A DNA stretch of 64,000 nt from an uncultured Nitrososphaerales archaeon (lineage in GTDB: Archaea > Thermoproteota > Nitrososphaeria > Nitrososphaerales > Nitrososphaeraceae), in the NCBI GenBank assembly GCA_963713605.1, contig CAVQMO010000003.1, forward strand, positions 224,001 through 288,000. The letters are read 5' to 3'. This document shows, piece by piece, positions 10,123 to 22,033 of this stretch. Made by a program: the position numbers and the translations under genes. Every line of letters starts with the position of its first letter. Positions within the stretch are counted from its first letter, which is position 1. The notes under the pieces are model-generated. The model was not told the origin of the DNA. It did no database searches and saw only the letters and a list, made by a program, of their open reading frames with translations.

Positions 10123-11149
10123 CCAGAATCACTCTCATCTGTTTTATATGAAGTAGCGTCTTCGATTCCACTTTCGGAAATTGAGAATTTCGCACGCTGA
10201 TATGGTTGGCAGGGTGAGTCTTCCATTGTAGCCACTCTGTTCTTGCCAGATTTTCTGAGAAAGATACGGTATGTAGAGCCATGAGCTACTATGTTTCCAC
10301 CAGCCGCTTTCATGGAATCAAATCCCGGATGCATGCTGTCGGGGTACGATACTATTTGGTTTGTTATTACGACTGCTATATTGTAAATGTCGGCATATCT
10401 TCTTAATTTGTTTAGCATCTTTCCAAGTCTTTGCTGTCGTTCTGCTAGTGTTCCGCGTCCAGAGAACTCTGCTCGATGAAGACTTATTATACTATCTATT
10501 ATCACAATTTTGGCATTGTATTGCTCAATTGATTTATCCAGATCATCTATAATTGACTCTAGATGTTCGCTACTATAGACTTGACAATGAAAGATCTTTT
10601 CTAGAATGGGTAATGGGTCAAGTCCCCGTTGCTCAGCAATTTGATGTATTCTATTAGCTCTGAAAGTATTCTCCGAATCTATGAAAATTATGTTCCCCGC
10701 GTCACCGTCCGGATTTTCGATAAGTTTGCTCGCGGCAACACACAACGTGTGACAGACTTGAGATTTTCCGGACGAAAATTCCCCCACCAGTTCAGTGATC
10801 GATTGGGTTTCAAATCCACCATTTAGTAAGTTATCGAAGCCTCTCAGAACCAGTTGCATATCTAGATAGTTTGTTCCGTTTTTCTAACAAATCATCTGCA
10901 GTTAGAAACTCTTCGGACAGGTACTTTGTTATCAATAAGAATTTTTCTGGCATTTGCGATGAGTGTAGAAGCTGACTTGACGCTAAGCGACGTATCTTCA
11001 AACTCTAATGCAAGTTCGGCCGGATTCTGGACTGCTAACTGATATACCGAGTTAATATTCAATTTCTTTAGCTTATTAATCAAATCGCTAGTGATATGTG
11101 GGATCTCTTCCATAGTGACTTCTTTAAGTCGGCTAACCATGAGCATCAC
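10116..11149 (-). CDS. radA: RadA recombinase paralogue, two frameshifts near 10830-10925
   Basis: N-terminal HhH-like domain, FLTADDLL polymerisation motif, Walker A GEFSSGKSQ, Walker B IIDS, RAEFSGRGTLAERQQ, GGNIVAH. Confidence 0.9.
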
Positions 11150-11362
11150 GGCTTGATATGTTAACTAATTTTGACTTTTTGTCTAATAAGATTGGCAGTA
11201 ACTGAGCGACGGGGGGCGGGGGATATAGATCATGCTCTCAGTCCCACATTAAGATGCCACTATTACATTATCAATATGAATCATACTTAGAATTTATTAG
11301 ATCGTAGTTTCAAGTACAATACATCACACCGTAAATATAACAAATTTTACTGCATTATTCCA

Positions 11363-11620
11363 ATGTCCCAAACATATGAAAATTGTATACAGCGATTTTG
11401 TATTCGCTGCCAAGATGTCGGACTTGACTGTGATTGCACAATCTATGGAATTGGCGAAGAGACAATCATTTGTAATACTATTCTACACATGTTTGAATAT
11501 CATGCAATTGAGCCAAATGAAATAACTACTGGTATGGGACTTAAAATAATTGAAAATATACATGTACACCACCACTCTCCCCCACTTACAAGTCCCAGCT
11601 CATATAATAGTCATTTTTGA
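11363..11620 (+). CDS. DUF1059-like small metal-binding protein
   Basis: CQDVGLDCD...EE....H...H pattern. Confidence 0.7.
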   Translation: MSQTYENCIQRFCIRCQDVGLDCDCTIYGIGEETIICNTILHMFEYHAIEPNEITTGMGLKIIENIHVHHHSPPLTSPSSYNSHF

Positions 11621-11623
11621 TAT

Positions 11624-11866
11624 GTGTTAGATATCCCAAGACAAAACCGTACTAAACTCGTTCCCCCAAAACCGGAGCCCGAGAATCAAGTTCTCGAAAC
11701 ACTACAAGAATCTAGCGTACCAGAGCGAAAAGAAGAGCCGGTGTTGTCTGAGTTAGACATGGAGATCCAATGCCCGCGCTGTAATGAGATTATGGAGTTA
11801 TGTTCAAGCTTCGATAAGTTAGTATACTCTTGCGAGAGTTGCAGCTTCTTGTTGAAATGTGTTTAG
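11624..11866 (+). CDS. Small zinc-ribbon protein
   Basis: CPRC...CESC at the C-terminus. Confidence 0.65.
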   Translation: MLDIPRQNRTKLVPPKPEPENQVLETLQESSVPERKEEPVLSELDMEIQCPRCNEIMELCSSFDKLVYSCESCSFLLKCV

Positions 11867-12082
11867 AGAGAAGACATACATCTTATAGTAAGATTTTGTC
11901 CGACTGAGATGTCCATCTTAATTTAGTATTTGAACTTTGAGCGCTAATTTCATCTTCAGTATTTTGGATTTTGGTTAGCTGCTTAGACGATTTGCTTGTT
12001 CGAGGGTCACACGGGTATTCAGCCCAATTCAAACATAGCCTGAGATTCTAGTTCTGTAGCAAAAAAATGGGAGTCTCTGACC

Positions 12083-12415
12083 TTAGCAGTCTGTGTCTGA
12101 ATTGTCGTCAATACCGGCCAGAGTACAGCCTAATTCATTTGGATTTTTTTCTCCAGTGACAGCTTCTGCAGTATTACCTATCCCCGCTCGCCCTTTATCT
12201 CCGTCGAAGCCTCCATCAAATGGTGGTTCACCTGCCGCGCTGCCAGCCTTTGAATGCTCCCCCAGTCCATCTGCACGACCATCATCATTATTATCTGATG
12301 TGGCGGTCTCAGATGTTACCTCACCCCACCCATCTTGTTTTGATTCGGGTTTGTCTGCGAAAGACAATGGAATCATAGCAGATGCGGCTGTCAAGGCTAT
12401 GGCTGCTAACATCAA
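12083..12415 (-). CDS. Secreted acidic Gly-rich protein
   Basis: Signal peptide ending SFA-D; Asp/Gly-rich; two C-terminal Cys. Confidence 0.6.
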   Translation of the reverse strand: MMLAAIALTAASAMIPLSFADKPESKQDGWGEVTSETATSDNNDDGRADGLGEHSKAGSAAGEPPFDGGFDGDKGRAGIGNTAEAVTGEKNPNELGCTLAGIDDNSDTDC

Positions 12416-13106
12416 TCCCGTTAACGTTATTTTCTTATAGAATATAGTTCTATTGACTTATCTGGCAGTTGACTTGTTGAAACTTCTCGCAAGTCGACAG
12501 TATAACAAGTCGCAAAACTATTCCATCATTGCTTCACAAACAGATTGACTATGAAATTGAGTTATCTAAGAGTGGAAGTGGCTAACAGAAGTCACTAATT
12601 TCATTATTTCTTGAAGTTCAACAGTTTATTATAATAAATTCAATCACTTAACTTAGCATGTTAAACACTTATTGGATATATCATTCACGTGAGAGATGAC
12701 ACATTTATGATTATCATTTTTATAATATGCTCTACAAAGCAGTTCTGTTGAAAGCAGCACTACTATCTCAATAGCTATCGATTCCAAAAAAAAGCAATTG
12801 GTGGCAGACAAGTATTAACTCGACTACCTGGTTGTCCTGCCACTCTGTTTTTCACTGAATTAGCTCAGTTCGTTTCCAGCAGCGATTCGTCTAATTTATA
12901 AGGATAAAACCTGTAGTTAGAATTTAACGTGGAATCACCTGCTACTTTTCTTAGCATAGTCTTTGCACCCGTAAAGTCAATCATAATACACGGTTCATCT
13001 CCAACTACCTATGCATTATGAGCGGGAGGTGTACCTTCGAAGCATCAGGTCCCATTCCTATGAAAGCAATTTTATTTGCATCTGGAGTATCTATAGAAAT
13101 ATTACA

Positions 13107-14101
13107 ATGCAAAGATGTAGCTCATATTTCACATCATCGATAATATCGGTTTTGTCGATAATTATTATTTTTTTTGTGACATCTAATAGTCTACACCCTT
13201 TGATGTCTCAACAGCCATCTTCGACAAATTCCAACTCCTCTTGGATGACAGGCGCATCACTTCCAACAGCCCGATCTGAGATTGCTGGGCGGCATTAGAT
13301 GGAAAGATCTACGTTATCGGTGGGTTTGATAGCAGTGGTGGCAACAGCGATTCAGTTGAAGTTTATGACGTGATTGCTGACAAATGGACAATAGGAGAGC
13401 CTTTGCCACAACCATTAGACCATACAGCCGTAGCGTCATTTGATGGAAAGCTGTATGTAATGGGTGGCGGATATTTGAACAGGGCTGATCTCACAGACAA
13501 ATTATTCATATATGATTCTTCTACTAAAAGCTGGGTAGAAGGAGCAAATCTTCCTAGCCCCCGTGGTGCCCTAACGGCCAATTTCGTCAACGGGATTCTG
13601 TATGCAGTGGGGGGAGTCGATTCAACTGACACCTTAACTAGCAACCTAGCCTACGATCCTGCTACAAATTTGTGGACGGAGAAAGCACCAATGCCTACTG
13701 CAAGAGAACACCTTGCATCAGCAGTAGTTGATGACAAGCTGTATGTTATTGGCGGAAGAAGTGAAGGAATGTCTGCTAACCTCAACTCGAATGAGGTCTA
13801 TGATCCAAAAACGGATAGTTGGACGATACTAGAGCCCATGCCATCCAATAGAGGTGGCCTAGCCTCTTCAGCAATTAACGAAACGATATATGTCTTTGGG
13901 GGGGAAAAACCTTCCGGAACTTTTGATAACAATGAAAGCTACGATATCGCAACTAACAAGTGGGATAAGGAACTGGAAATGCCAACGGCACGACACGGTT
14001 TGGTCGCTGTTGCTAACGATGATAAAATATATGTTATCGGAGGCGGTCCAAATCCTGGAGGTTCAAGGAGCAGTGCGAACGAGATATTTCTTGCTCGCTG
14101 A
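13107..14101 (+). CDS. Secreted Kelch-repeat beta-propeller protein, frameshift near 13295
   Basis: Six Kelch repeats (YVIGG...YD...W...PMPTAR); signal peptide in the upstream frame from ATG 13107. Confidence 0.85.
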
Positions 14102-15360
14102 TAATTAATATCCAAATTAATTCAATGGATTTGCATTCCAAAGAGGGACGATATTGTCACTAAAGATTAAACTTGATACTGGAAAACCTATTCACAAATA
14201 CGCTTTGAGTTGTATCAACCAACTCAAAGAAGACGATCTGAGAGACATGGATATAAGTATTCCGAAGTAATATAATAGAGCCACGTGGCTCTACGACGTG
14301 CCTATTATTTGTGAAACTTCATGTATGCAGACAGTTATGTATGAAGTGGGATTTTGGTAGCTCTGGGCATTCATAACCTTTCTGCAACGATTTTACATCA
14401 CTTACTCCCCTGATCATCTTCCTCTTATTCTTCTACCTTATCATTATCGTCAATTGTAACCATCCTCAAATTTAGTAACTCCACTATAATGTACTAGGAA
14501 TAAGTTGGTTTTATTAAACGACCAGCGGGTAGTTCTAATCAAAAGAAGGATCAGGTCGCCTCCCTTAAAACCCTGGTGCAGGTTTAAGATGCAACCATGC
14601 TTCGAAATATGCCTATTTGGCAGCAGGAATATTGGAGTGATTTGAATCTCCCACTGCCTTCAGCGTGTTGAATAACATGATGCAGAAAGATGTTAAAAAG
14701 AACCTATGTTGCTAGTGTTTTTTAAAGCGTACTGCGTATAGTAGATGACTACTAGTTCGATCTGGTGACTAACTAGTCGGTTATGCAGGCTTCTACCTAG
14801 AGGGATAATTTCTCCTAGGTAAAGTTTAACTTATTGCACTTATTATCTCATAAGCAGTAACAAAGAAAGGTATGACGACCTTGAATGAATGTAACCGCAG
14901 TCGCATAACCACAACTTACATACCTGTTACCTTATCTTGACGTTCCAGTTCTATCCGTCCTGGTACATTTTTTCATTTAGTTGTGATTCCATAAGTCGCC
15001 TTTGCGTTCCTTCTAATCCAATCAGTTTCTATGAAAAATATATGATCTCTGAAGCTAGTCTCTCATTGCTAATGAGCGCTGTCATTTTTTCTATACTGCT
15101 TCTGATTCTTTATAATTCGTGAAAGAATGAATTTTGCTAGCTCAACGCCAGTTAGTTCACTAGTATTAGCAATCTTGTCATTTATCATGCACATTCACCA
15201 CTAGATATGCACATTTACGTTGTTCATTGCAACTAATCCCCAAAGTTCTGGGAATGGCACTCCTCTTATGTTGCTTATATAAGACTGAGAACGCTTTTTA
15301 GAATAGAGCGTGTATCTGTATTTTCTGTTATAGAATATGTATCCATAATACATTAATTCA

Positions 15361-15963
15361 TTAGAATTTCGTTTCAATTAGCTCCTTATGTCGAAAGCAG
15401 TTTGTAGTATGATCATTTATCATACCAATTGCTTGCATCAATGCATAGCATACAGTAGGACCCACAAAGCTAAATCCTCTTATTTTAAGATCTTTGCTTA
15501 AATTACTTGATTCTGTAGACATTGTAGGAATTTGTCTGCAATTCTTGAAAAAGTTATGTTTGATTCTTCTGCCTTCAACAAAGTCCCAAATGTAATTATC
15601 AAAGCTACCAAAGTCATCCTGTATCTTGATAAATGCTCTGGCATTAGTGACGGCAGAATTGATTTTTAATCTATTTCTTACGATATTAATATTAGTAGAT
15701 TGTAACAATTTTTCTACATGGGGCATTCTGAATTCTGCCACCTTCTTTACATCATAATTGACAAACGCCTTTCTATAGTCTAAGCGCTTCCGCAAAATTG
15801 TTGCCCAATTCAATCCAGCCTGGGCACATTCTAAAACTACAAATTCAAATAATTTAGTATCGTTGTGGACTGGCACACCCCATTCGGTATCATGATAGAT
15901 CTGCATCTCGGCATTGCTAGAATTAGCAGCCCATGAGCACCTACTCACATGTACTGAATTCAT
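15361..15963 (-). CDS. tag: DNA-3-methyladenine glycosylase I
   Basis: RCSW, YHDTEWG, LFE..LE..QAGLNW, IVRNRLKI, GFSFVGPT, NDHTTNCF. Confidence 0.95.
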   Translation of the reverse strand: MNSVHVSRCSWAANSSNAEMQIYHDTEWGVPVHNDTKLFEFVVLECAQAGLNWATILRKRLDYRKAFVNYDVKKVAEFRMPHVEKLLQSTNINIVRNRLKINSAVTNARAFIKIQDDFGSFDNYIWDFVEGRRIKHNFFKNCRQIPTMSTESSNLSKDLKIRGFSFVGPTVCYALMQAIGMINDHTTNCFRHKELIETKF

Positions 15964-16932
15964 GCAAATTGGTTCTTCATCTATGGAAATATAAAAATCT
16001 TGATAGATATCCCTACTAAATTATAGGTGGTTGATAATAGGTACGTAATAGTGATGTAGCAAGATACCTGAATCTCCTGACTGATCCCTAAATGTTTCCA
16101 CGTATTGTTCCGTACCGATACATCTGAGCCAATAGCTGTATTAGGATTTAGAGTCTATCTACAAGTTACCGAAAATGTGGGCTCTATTCGGGGGAGCGCT
16201 AGCTCTAGTAACTACTATGTAAGCGATGGGAAGTTTTCTATGGACGAATAGTTGAGATATCAAAATCTTGAACTTCCAAAGTATCGAAGTCTGTCCACGA
16301 ATTAATTCCAGTAACTACAAAAACCTGAAAGTGAAGTGAAGATGTGGTAAATATGTATATCCTGTCATTCCGACCCTAGCTGTCTCTTCGCCTGCTCTGA
16401 CATATTGACCAACTTTCACCATTGAACTATTGTAGCTTAAATGATCATATCATGAGTATTCTCCATTTGAATGCATAGTTACAATAAAGTTCGTATTATT
16501 CCAATAGATTGGATTAGATCCCCCAGCATTAGAGCTATGTATAACAAAAGTCACTATTCCATCGGCTGGCAGCAAAAACAGGTGTCTATTTATCAACTAT
16601 AAGATCGATTGTAATTCGGCGATGAGGTCCTGTCGATACGTTTTAAGAGATTTTTCGGTACAGTCAGTATATACCTATAGATAGCATTTTTACTCATCAT
16701 GGTTTTATTTCATATTGTTCCCATCAATTCTGTCTTGATGATATGTCCAGTGTTTAATTCGGTATTGTACAACATCAGATTAAACTATTACAGCACTTGT
16801 TGAATGATGATGTGGGTGGAATAAAACAACTTGCAGCCCTACAAGAATAAGATAGAAATCGTATTCACCTGACTTATAAGTAAGTTCGTTTTCAAAATTT
16901 AAATATTTTTTAATTGTAATCTGGATTGCCTG

Positions 16933-17121
16933 TCAGTTGTCATTCAATGTATGCTTTCGTCCCAATTTGGCATCAGAATGACCCATGATCTTCATTATTC
17001 GAAAAAATACTAAAGTTTTGGTCAGTATCTGAGGTGGTTCGAATCTGACAGATTTAAAGGGGTCTGTCAATGAGTGCACGCACGTATGTCTCAAACAATA
17101 GGAATTCCTCATGTTTATCAT
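16933..17121 (-). pseudogene. Tyrosine recombinase/integrase C-terminal remnant
   Basis: YCLRHT...MKIMGHSD matches box II (LRH) and the LGH motif; rest of the gene absent. Confidence 0.55.
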
Positions 17122-17188
17122 ATTACAGTAGAGTTCTTATACCACGCGTATTCTCTAATTAAAGACTTATTACAGTCTATCTCCTTAA

Positions 17189-17545
17189 TTGAGGAACGAC
17201 ATGAAAGGACCTTATCCAATGGGTACCGGTGCTGAAAGTCTATTCCATGTTGACAAAGGCGACGTGCGATTAAAAACTCAACCCGTCAAATATACTAGTA
17301 ATGATGGAGCACTATCATGTAAATTGACAATATTTACGTCTTCACGAAGCTCTGAGGAAGTGGGATATAATGAGGATAGAAAAATAAAAGATAGTTCTGA
17401 AGAATACATTGAAATAGACGCTTTGGAAGGAAAAGAGAGAATAATACAAACCATGAAGGAGCTGAACATAGTTGACGATTTTCCAATTAAGTGTAATACT
17501 GAGGGGGTAGCATTAAGAATTCTTAGTAAGTTATTAGGTGAATGA
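17189..17545 (+). CDS. Hypothetical protein
   Basis: 118-aa ORF with protein-like composition. Confidence 0.5.
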   Translation: MRNDMKGPYPMGTGAESLFHVDKGDVRLKTQPVKYTSNDGALSCKLTIFTSSRSSEEVGYNEDRKIKDSSEEYIEIDALEGKERIIQTMKELNIVDDFPIKCNTEGVALRILSKLLGE

Positions 17546-17924
17546 AGCTAAAAAGAGGAACGATTTTTCATTATTGATACTCTCCCTTAAGTTCGGCCAC
17601 TTATTTCAGGACTCCTTATTTTTCTTTTATTCTCTCTGTATGTGAATTAGGTAACAGTTATTCGTTCTAATAAAGCAAATATTACATCCAAATTTTTTTG
17701 TGAACAAATAAAATGATGTCATATATACACCTCATGTAAGAAACAGCAATTAGGTTGAGTTCCACGAGCTGTTAACTGCTATATCATGAATGTCAACTCA
17801 AAATGGATAGGCATAACATAAACCAACTCAATGCAATGATAATTCACGACCAGTATTATCAAGCTACCAAGATATTATCAAACCTTAATAAATGATTAGA
17901 GATGACAATGAATACACTTGAGAT

Positions 17925-18386
17925 ATGCCTAGTAAGATAAAGGGTAAGTTTTCGAAAATTCTTGTTGCTATTGATGGATCACAACCATCTATGGATGCAG
18001 CAGAATACGCAATAGAAATGGCAAAAAAAGATTCTGCCCAAATAATAGCAGTGACTGTAAACCGTATTTCATTGTCATCTTATGGCTTAGCAACACCTGA
18101 AGGAGAACTAAAGTCTCCTCAAGATCAAGAGATCATACTTGAATCTAAGGAACGGTTTGCCAACCTAGATCAAATAGCAAAACAAAATAATGTAGAGTTA
18201 AAAACCGAACTGATCAACAGTCAGATGTCTATTGATGGAACAATAGTTGAATATGCAGAATCTGAAGATGTTGATTTAATAATAATGGGTACAAGAGGTA
18301 GATCAGGATTCAAGAAGTTACTGCTTGGAAGTATTGCCTCCGCTGTAGTGACCTATTCACCATGCCCCGTAATGATAGTAAAATAG
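17925..18386 (+). CDS. Universal stress protein (UspA family)
   Basis: KILVAIDGS, DLIIMGTRGRSGFKKLLLGS, CPVMIVK. Confidence 0.95.
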   Translation: MPSKIKGKFSKILVAIDGSQPSMDAAEYAIEMAKKDSAQIIAVTVNRISLSSYGLATPEGELKSPQDQEIILESKERFANLDQIAKQNNVELKTELINSQMSIDGTIVEYAESEDVDLIIMGTRGRSGFKKLLLGSIASAVVTYSPCPVMIVK

Positions 18387-18700
18387 CTGGGCCTTAATGC
18401 ATCTTACCAGTATGGGTAGCTTCATTCAGATCAAACCCCCTGATCTTGTTTGTTGTTTAGCCAGTATCAATTAAAAGACATTACCATATTTACTAGTCTT
18501 TACTACAAAGAGGTATAACTTATTAGCAATCCGATCCAGTTGTCAGACGGTGTCAATATCTAAACTTGGATAGATGGGAAAAACAAGTATGAGTAAATTT
18601 TATCATAATTGTGGTTCAACACAACAGACTCCAGTTCAGCTGAGAGTGAAATGATGAAGACTGACTGGAAGGTAAAGCTTGAACAGTTAATCAGTTCATT

Positions 18701-19534
18701 ATGATATGGTTTTTTGCTGGTAGTTCTCACGGTGTGCGTGTCAATCTTGGAGTTTTTAGATTTATCATCCCTATTGCTCCTAGCAGAATAAAACCTATCG
18801 TAGATTTTAAAGCCGATCATTTTTCTGTGTTTTATGTATTGAATATTTTTATAGTTGAGTACACAAGTGCAAATCATAGGAACTTGTATTTCGATGTAGC
18901 AACAAAGTTGCTTGTAACAATAGCAATATTATGCGTCTTTGCGGTAGCCTTAACTTTAGTTACTTTCCCTTCCTCTACTGGTGTAATACAAGATATATTC
19001 GCTCAAATCACCCCGGCTAGTTTAGGAAATGATAGCGGAAATATAACAAATGGTACAAGTACAAATAATGTTGATCAGTTATCTCCACTCATACCTAATA
19101 CAACCAATTCGTCAAGTATTTTTCAGCTGGCCACATTGTCTTCATATCAGCCTATTACTCCTTCCTCATATAGCGGCGGCTTCACTTCAAATGACAATGA
19201 AGAATCTTCAAATGACAATGAAGATGCTGTAGAAGATGAGACTCAAGATACTAATTATAGTGACGGCGACAAAGACAGCTCCGACTATGATGATGGCAAT
19301 AGTGACGATAATGATTACGATAACAATAATGGAAATACAATTATCATCACATCATCTGGCAACTACGATCATGAAGACAATGATGATGACAACAGTGACT
19401 TCGAGAGTGATGAAACTGAAAATGATGGTTATTATAATGATAACGAAGACACTAGCCGCATTTCCATAGGTTCAGGTGGTGCCTTCGCCTCAGCAAGTGG
19501 CGGTGGTAGCGGTGCCTTCGCCTCAGTCGGGTGA
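18701..19534 (+). CDS. Secreted Asp/Asn-rich low-complexity protein (true start probably downstream)
   Basis: Hydrophobic segment, then IFAQ and an acidic tract; C-terminal GGAFAS duplication. Confidence 0.55.
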   Translation: MIWFFAGSSHGVRVNLGVFRFIIPIAPSRIKPIVDFKADHFSVFYVLNIFIVEYTSANHRNLYFDVATKLLVTIAILCVFAVALTLVTFPSSTGVIQDIFAQITPASLGNDSGNITNGTSTNNVDQLSPLIPNTTNSSSIFQLATLSSYQPITPSSYSGGFTSNDNEESSNDNEDAVEDETQDTNYSDGDKDSSDYDDGNSDDNDYDNNNGNTIIITSSGNYDHEDNDDDNSDFESDETENDGYYNDNEDTSRISIGSGGAFASASGGGSGAFASVG

Positions 19535-19884
19535 CCATGTAAGTAAGTGATCACGGCTCATACTAGAGCATCTATCTGCTGCAAGTGTTTAGATACCTTC
19601 AACAAATACTGAATTAGGTTTTCTTTGTTCTAATTTTTGCTACTATTTTGCCTGCACTTTGGATAGAGGGTAAATTTAGCAGATCGGAGAAATATTGACC
19701 TATAGATAAAGTAATTAAAAAAATGGCCAGAAAGACACGTAAAAGCGGTTATTGGAAATTCAAGTCCTGGTTACCAAAACAGTGACTTCAGCTCAATTAT
19801 AGTGTGTATGATACCTTTTGTTCTCGTGATACTTTTTCTTATGCTTTATATGAAGAGATTGAATGTTACTTGATGTGATCGGAG

Positions 19885-20256
19885 ATGACTATTACTAAGA
19901 GATCATTATTATACTTGGGGGCTGCAGTCTGCACCGGTATAGCTGGAATTCTACACCTCATGCTTGTATCGGGTTCTATTGATCCTCATTTGGAATATGC
20001 TACTTTTTTCTTAGTTTCTGGCGTGGTTCAAATCTTTTGGGTCGTACCCATGATAAAAAAGTGGGGTAGGATTTGGTATGTGATCGGAATTGCAGGGACA
20101 AGTGTTCTTGTCGGTTTAACAGGTTATGTGATTGCTAATATAGTTGAGAATCCGCAATCGACACCTCCTGGCATAGGTGAAATGGCTGTTGCAATAGAAG
20201 TATTCCAGGCCTCTTACGTTATAATGACTGGAATCATTATCGCTAAGAGAGAGTGA
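19885..20256 (+). CDS. Four-TM membrane protein
   Basis: AGILHL plus four hydrophobic segments. Confidence 0.7.
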   Translation: MTITKRSLLYLGAAVCTGIAGILHLMLVSGSIDPHLEYATFFLVSGVVQIFWVVPMIKKWGRIWYVIGIAGTSVLVGLTGYVIANIVENPQSTPPGIGEMAVAIEVFQASYVIMTGIIIAKRE

Positions 20257-20786
20257 AATGTGATCGCCCTCTCTAATCACGTTCAAATTTCGTATTTAGA
20301 AGCTCTAACTAGTAGCTGCAATTGCGTGGAGAAAAAATAATAAAAGATGAGGGAAGACTGTGGTTAGCTACCTCCAATCAGTAACTTTATTATGTTTTTT
20401 TAGATTAATTGCTGGACGATCCTATAGTTCAAAATCAGAAACTGGTCCCCCTCCATGAACGGTGGGTACCTAATTTTGGACACTGACATTAAACTGGTTC
20501 TGGACATATGAGATGTGAAGAATGACTTTATCATGGGTTAACAATCGTGTTACAAAAAAATAGCTCGGTAATAATACCTATCGACAATGGCAGGCGACTC
20601 TCAACAAGAATGTTAGAGACACTGTAAGGATCGTCTACCTATGGACCGACTGAGTCTGGCTTATGAATCGATAGCATACATTTATTTCGTCATTTGATCA
20701 TATCGGATCTTGATATATCTAACTAACTGTAAAGATCTATCTGCCCAAGGCATTCGTTTTCATTCCATGCTCGTAGATGAGAAATA

Positions 20787-21392
20787 GTGATAAATGTTCT
20801 AAAATGCATTTATTCAACTTCTCAGCACAACGGATGGACAAGACGATTGACAGAATCGATAAAAAGACCTATCGGTGTCACAATTATCTCTATTCTAACC
20901 ATAATTGGTGGCATATTGCTGGTATTTGGCGGACTCTCTTTGCTCGCGTTTGGAGCATTCTTTACAGCCGTCCCAATTGAAACTCTAACTACAGAAGATC
21001 AACAGTTACAGCCTCAGCAACCCGAAAACGCAGCAGAACTGCAAGCTCTAGGCCAGTTCTTTGGTAGTATCGGAGTAGTGATCGGATCAATCGTGCTAGC
21101 GGTAGGCGTTGGATACTTGATAGTATCTTATGGCTTGCTGAAAGGAAAGGGATGGGCATGGATTGTTACGGTAATATTAACAATCATAGCAATAATAACG
21201 CAAGTCACCTCTGTTATCTCCACTAGTACGCTTACTCAATCCTTAACTACTGACATAGCCGTACTTGTATCTGGAATCACTGCTCATATAATTGGCATTG
21301 CAATCAATGGAGTAATACTGTACTATCTTTATCGTCCAAATGTAAAGGCCTTCTTCGGCAAATCTAAACTTCCACCGTCTATTTCAGAATAA
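20787..21392 (+). CDS. Four-TM membrane protein
   Basis: RPIGVTII, GLLKGKGWAW and YYLYRPNVKAFF motifs. Confidence 0.75.
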   Translation: MINVLKCIYSTSQHNGWTRRLTESIKRPIGVTIISILTIIGGILLVFGGLSLLAFGAFFTAVPIETLTTEDQQLQPQQPENAAELQALGQFFGSIGVVIGSIVLAVGVGYLIVSYGLLKGKGWAWIVTVILTIIAIITQVTSVISTSTLTQSLTTDIAVLVSGITAHIIGIAINGVILYYLYRPNVKAFFGKSKLPPSISE

Positions 21393-21615
21393 AGAATAAG
21401 CATAGGTATTTTGCAAAAATGTATGATTCTATTGTTGAGTGCCTTGTAATAGAAGTTAATTGATGTAGTTGAATCCCTTCTCACAAATTAATTCTTGGAA
21501 ATAATTGTATAAATGGAATAAAATTTAGAGATTATAAAGAAGAAAAGACTAGATTCTGCCCTACGGCCTTCCCATATCATCTCTCTGAACCCCTCAGTAG
21601 CGAAACGAGCCTAGA

Positions 21616-21992
21616 CTATCGGTTAATGATATTGAGTATGTTGCCATCTGGGTCTTTAAACCAAGCGACCTTCATGTTACCGCCGATATGGACATCACCT
21701 TCCCGCGTTATATCAGGCATGTCATACTGTTCGAATGAAATACCTTTAGCCTTTAGTGCCTTTACAACACTCTCCACATCGTCACCGACCACCCACGTCA
21801 GAGCTGTGGCCTGATTAGTTCCGGCGTACTTAGACCGATAGACATTGATCATTGAGTTTCCACTCCTGAAGACAATTAGTTCGGCTCCTTCGGAACCAAC
21901 CTGGGTAAGTCCAAGTGTATCTCCATAAAATCTCTTCGCTACTTCCAAATCCTTGACAGCGATGTTTGCTGCCGATCTTTATCACCTAACAT
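21616..21992 (-). CDS. VOC/glyoxalase family protein, frameshift near the 5' end
   Basis: AKRFYGDTLGL and VAWFKDPDGNIL; upstream ATG at 21992. Confidence 0.85.
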
Positions 21993-22033
21993 CTCAATTC
22001 TCTCCTCAAGTAAACTTGACTCATATTACGCCC

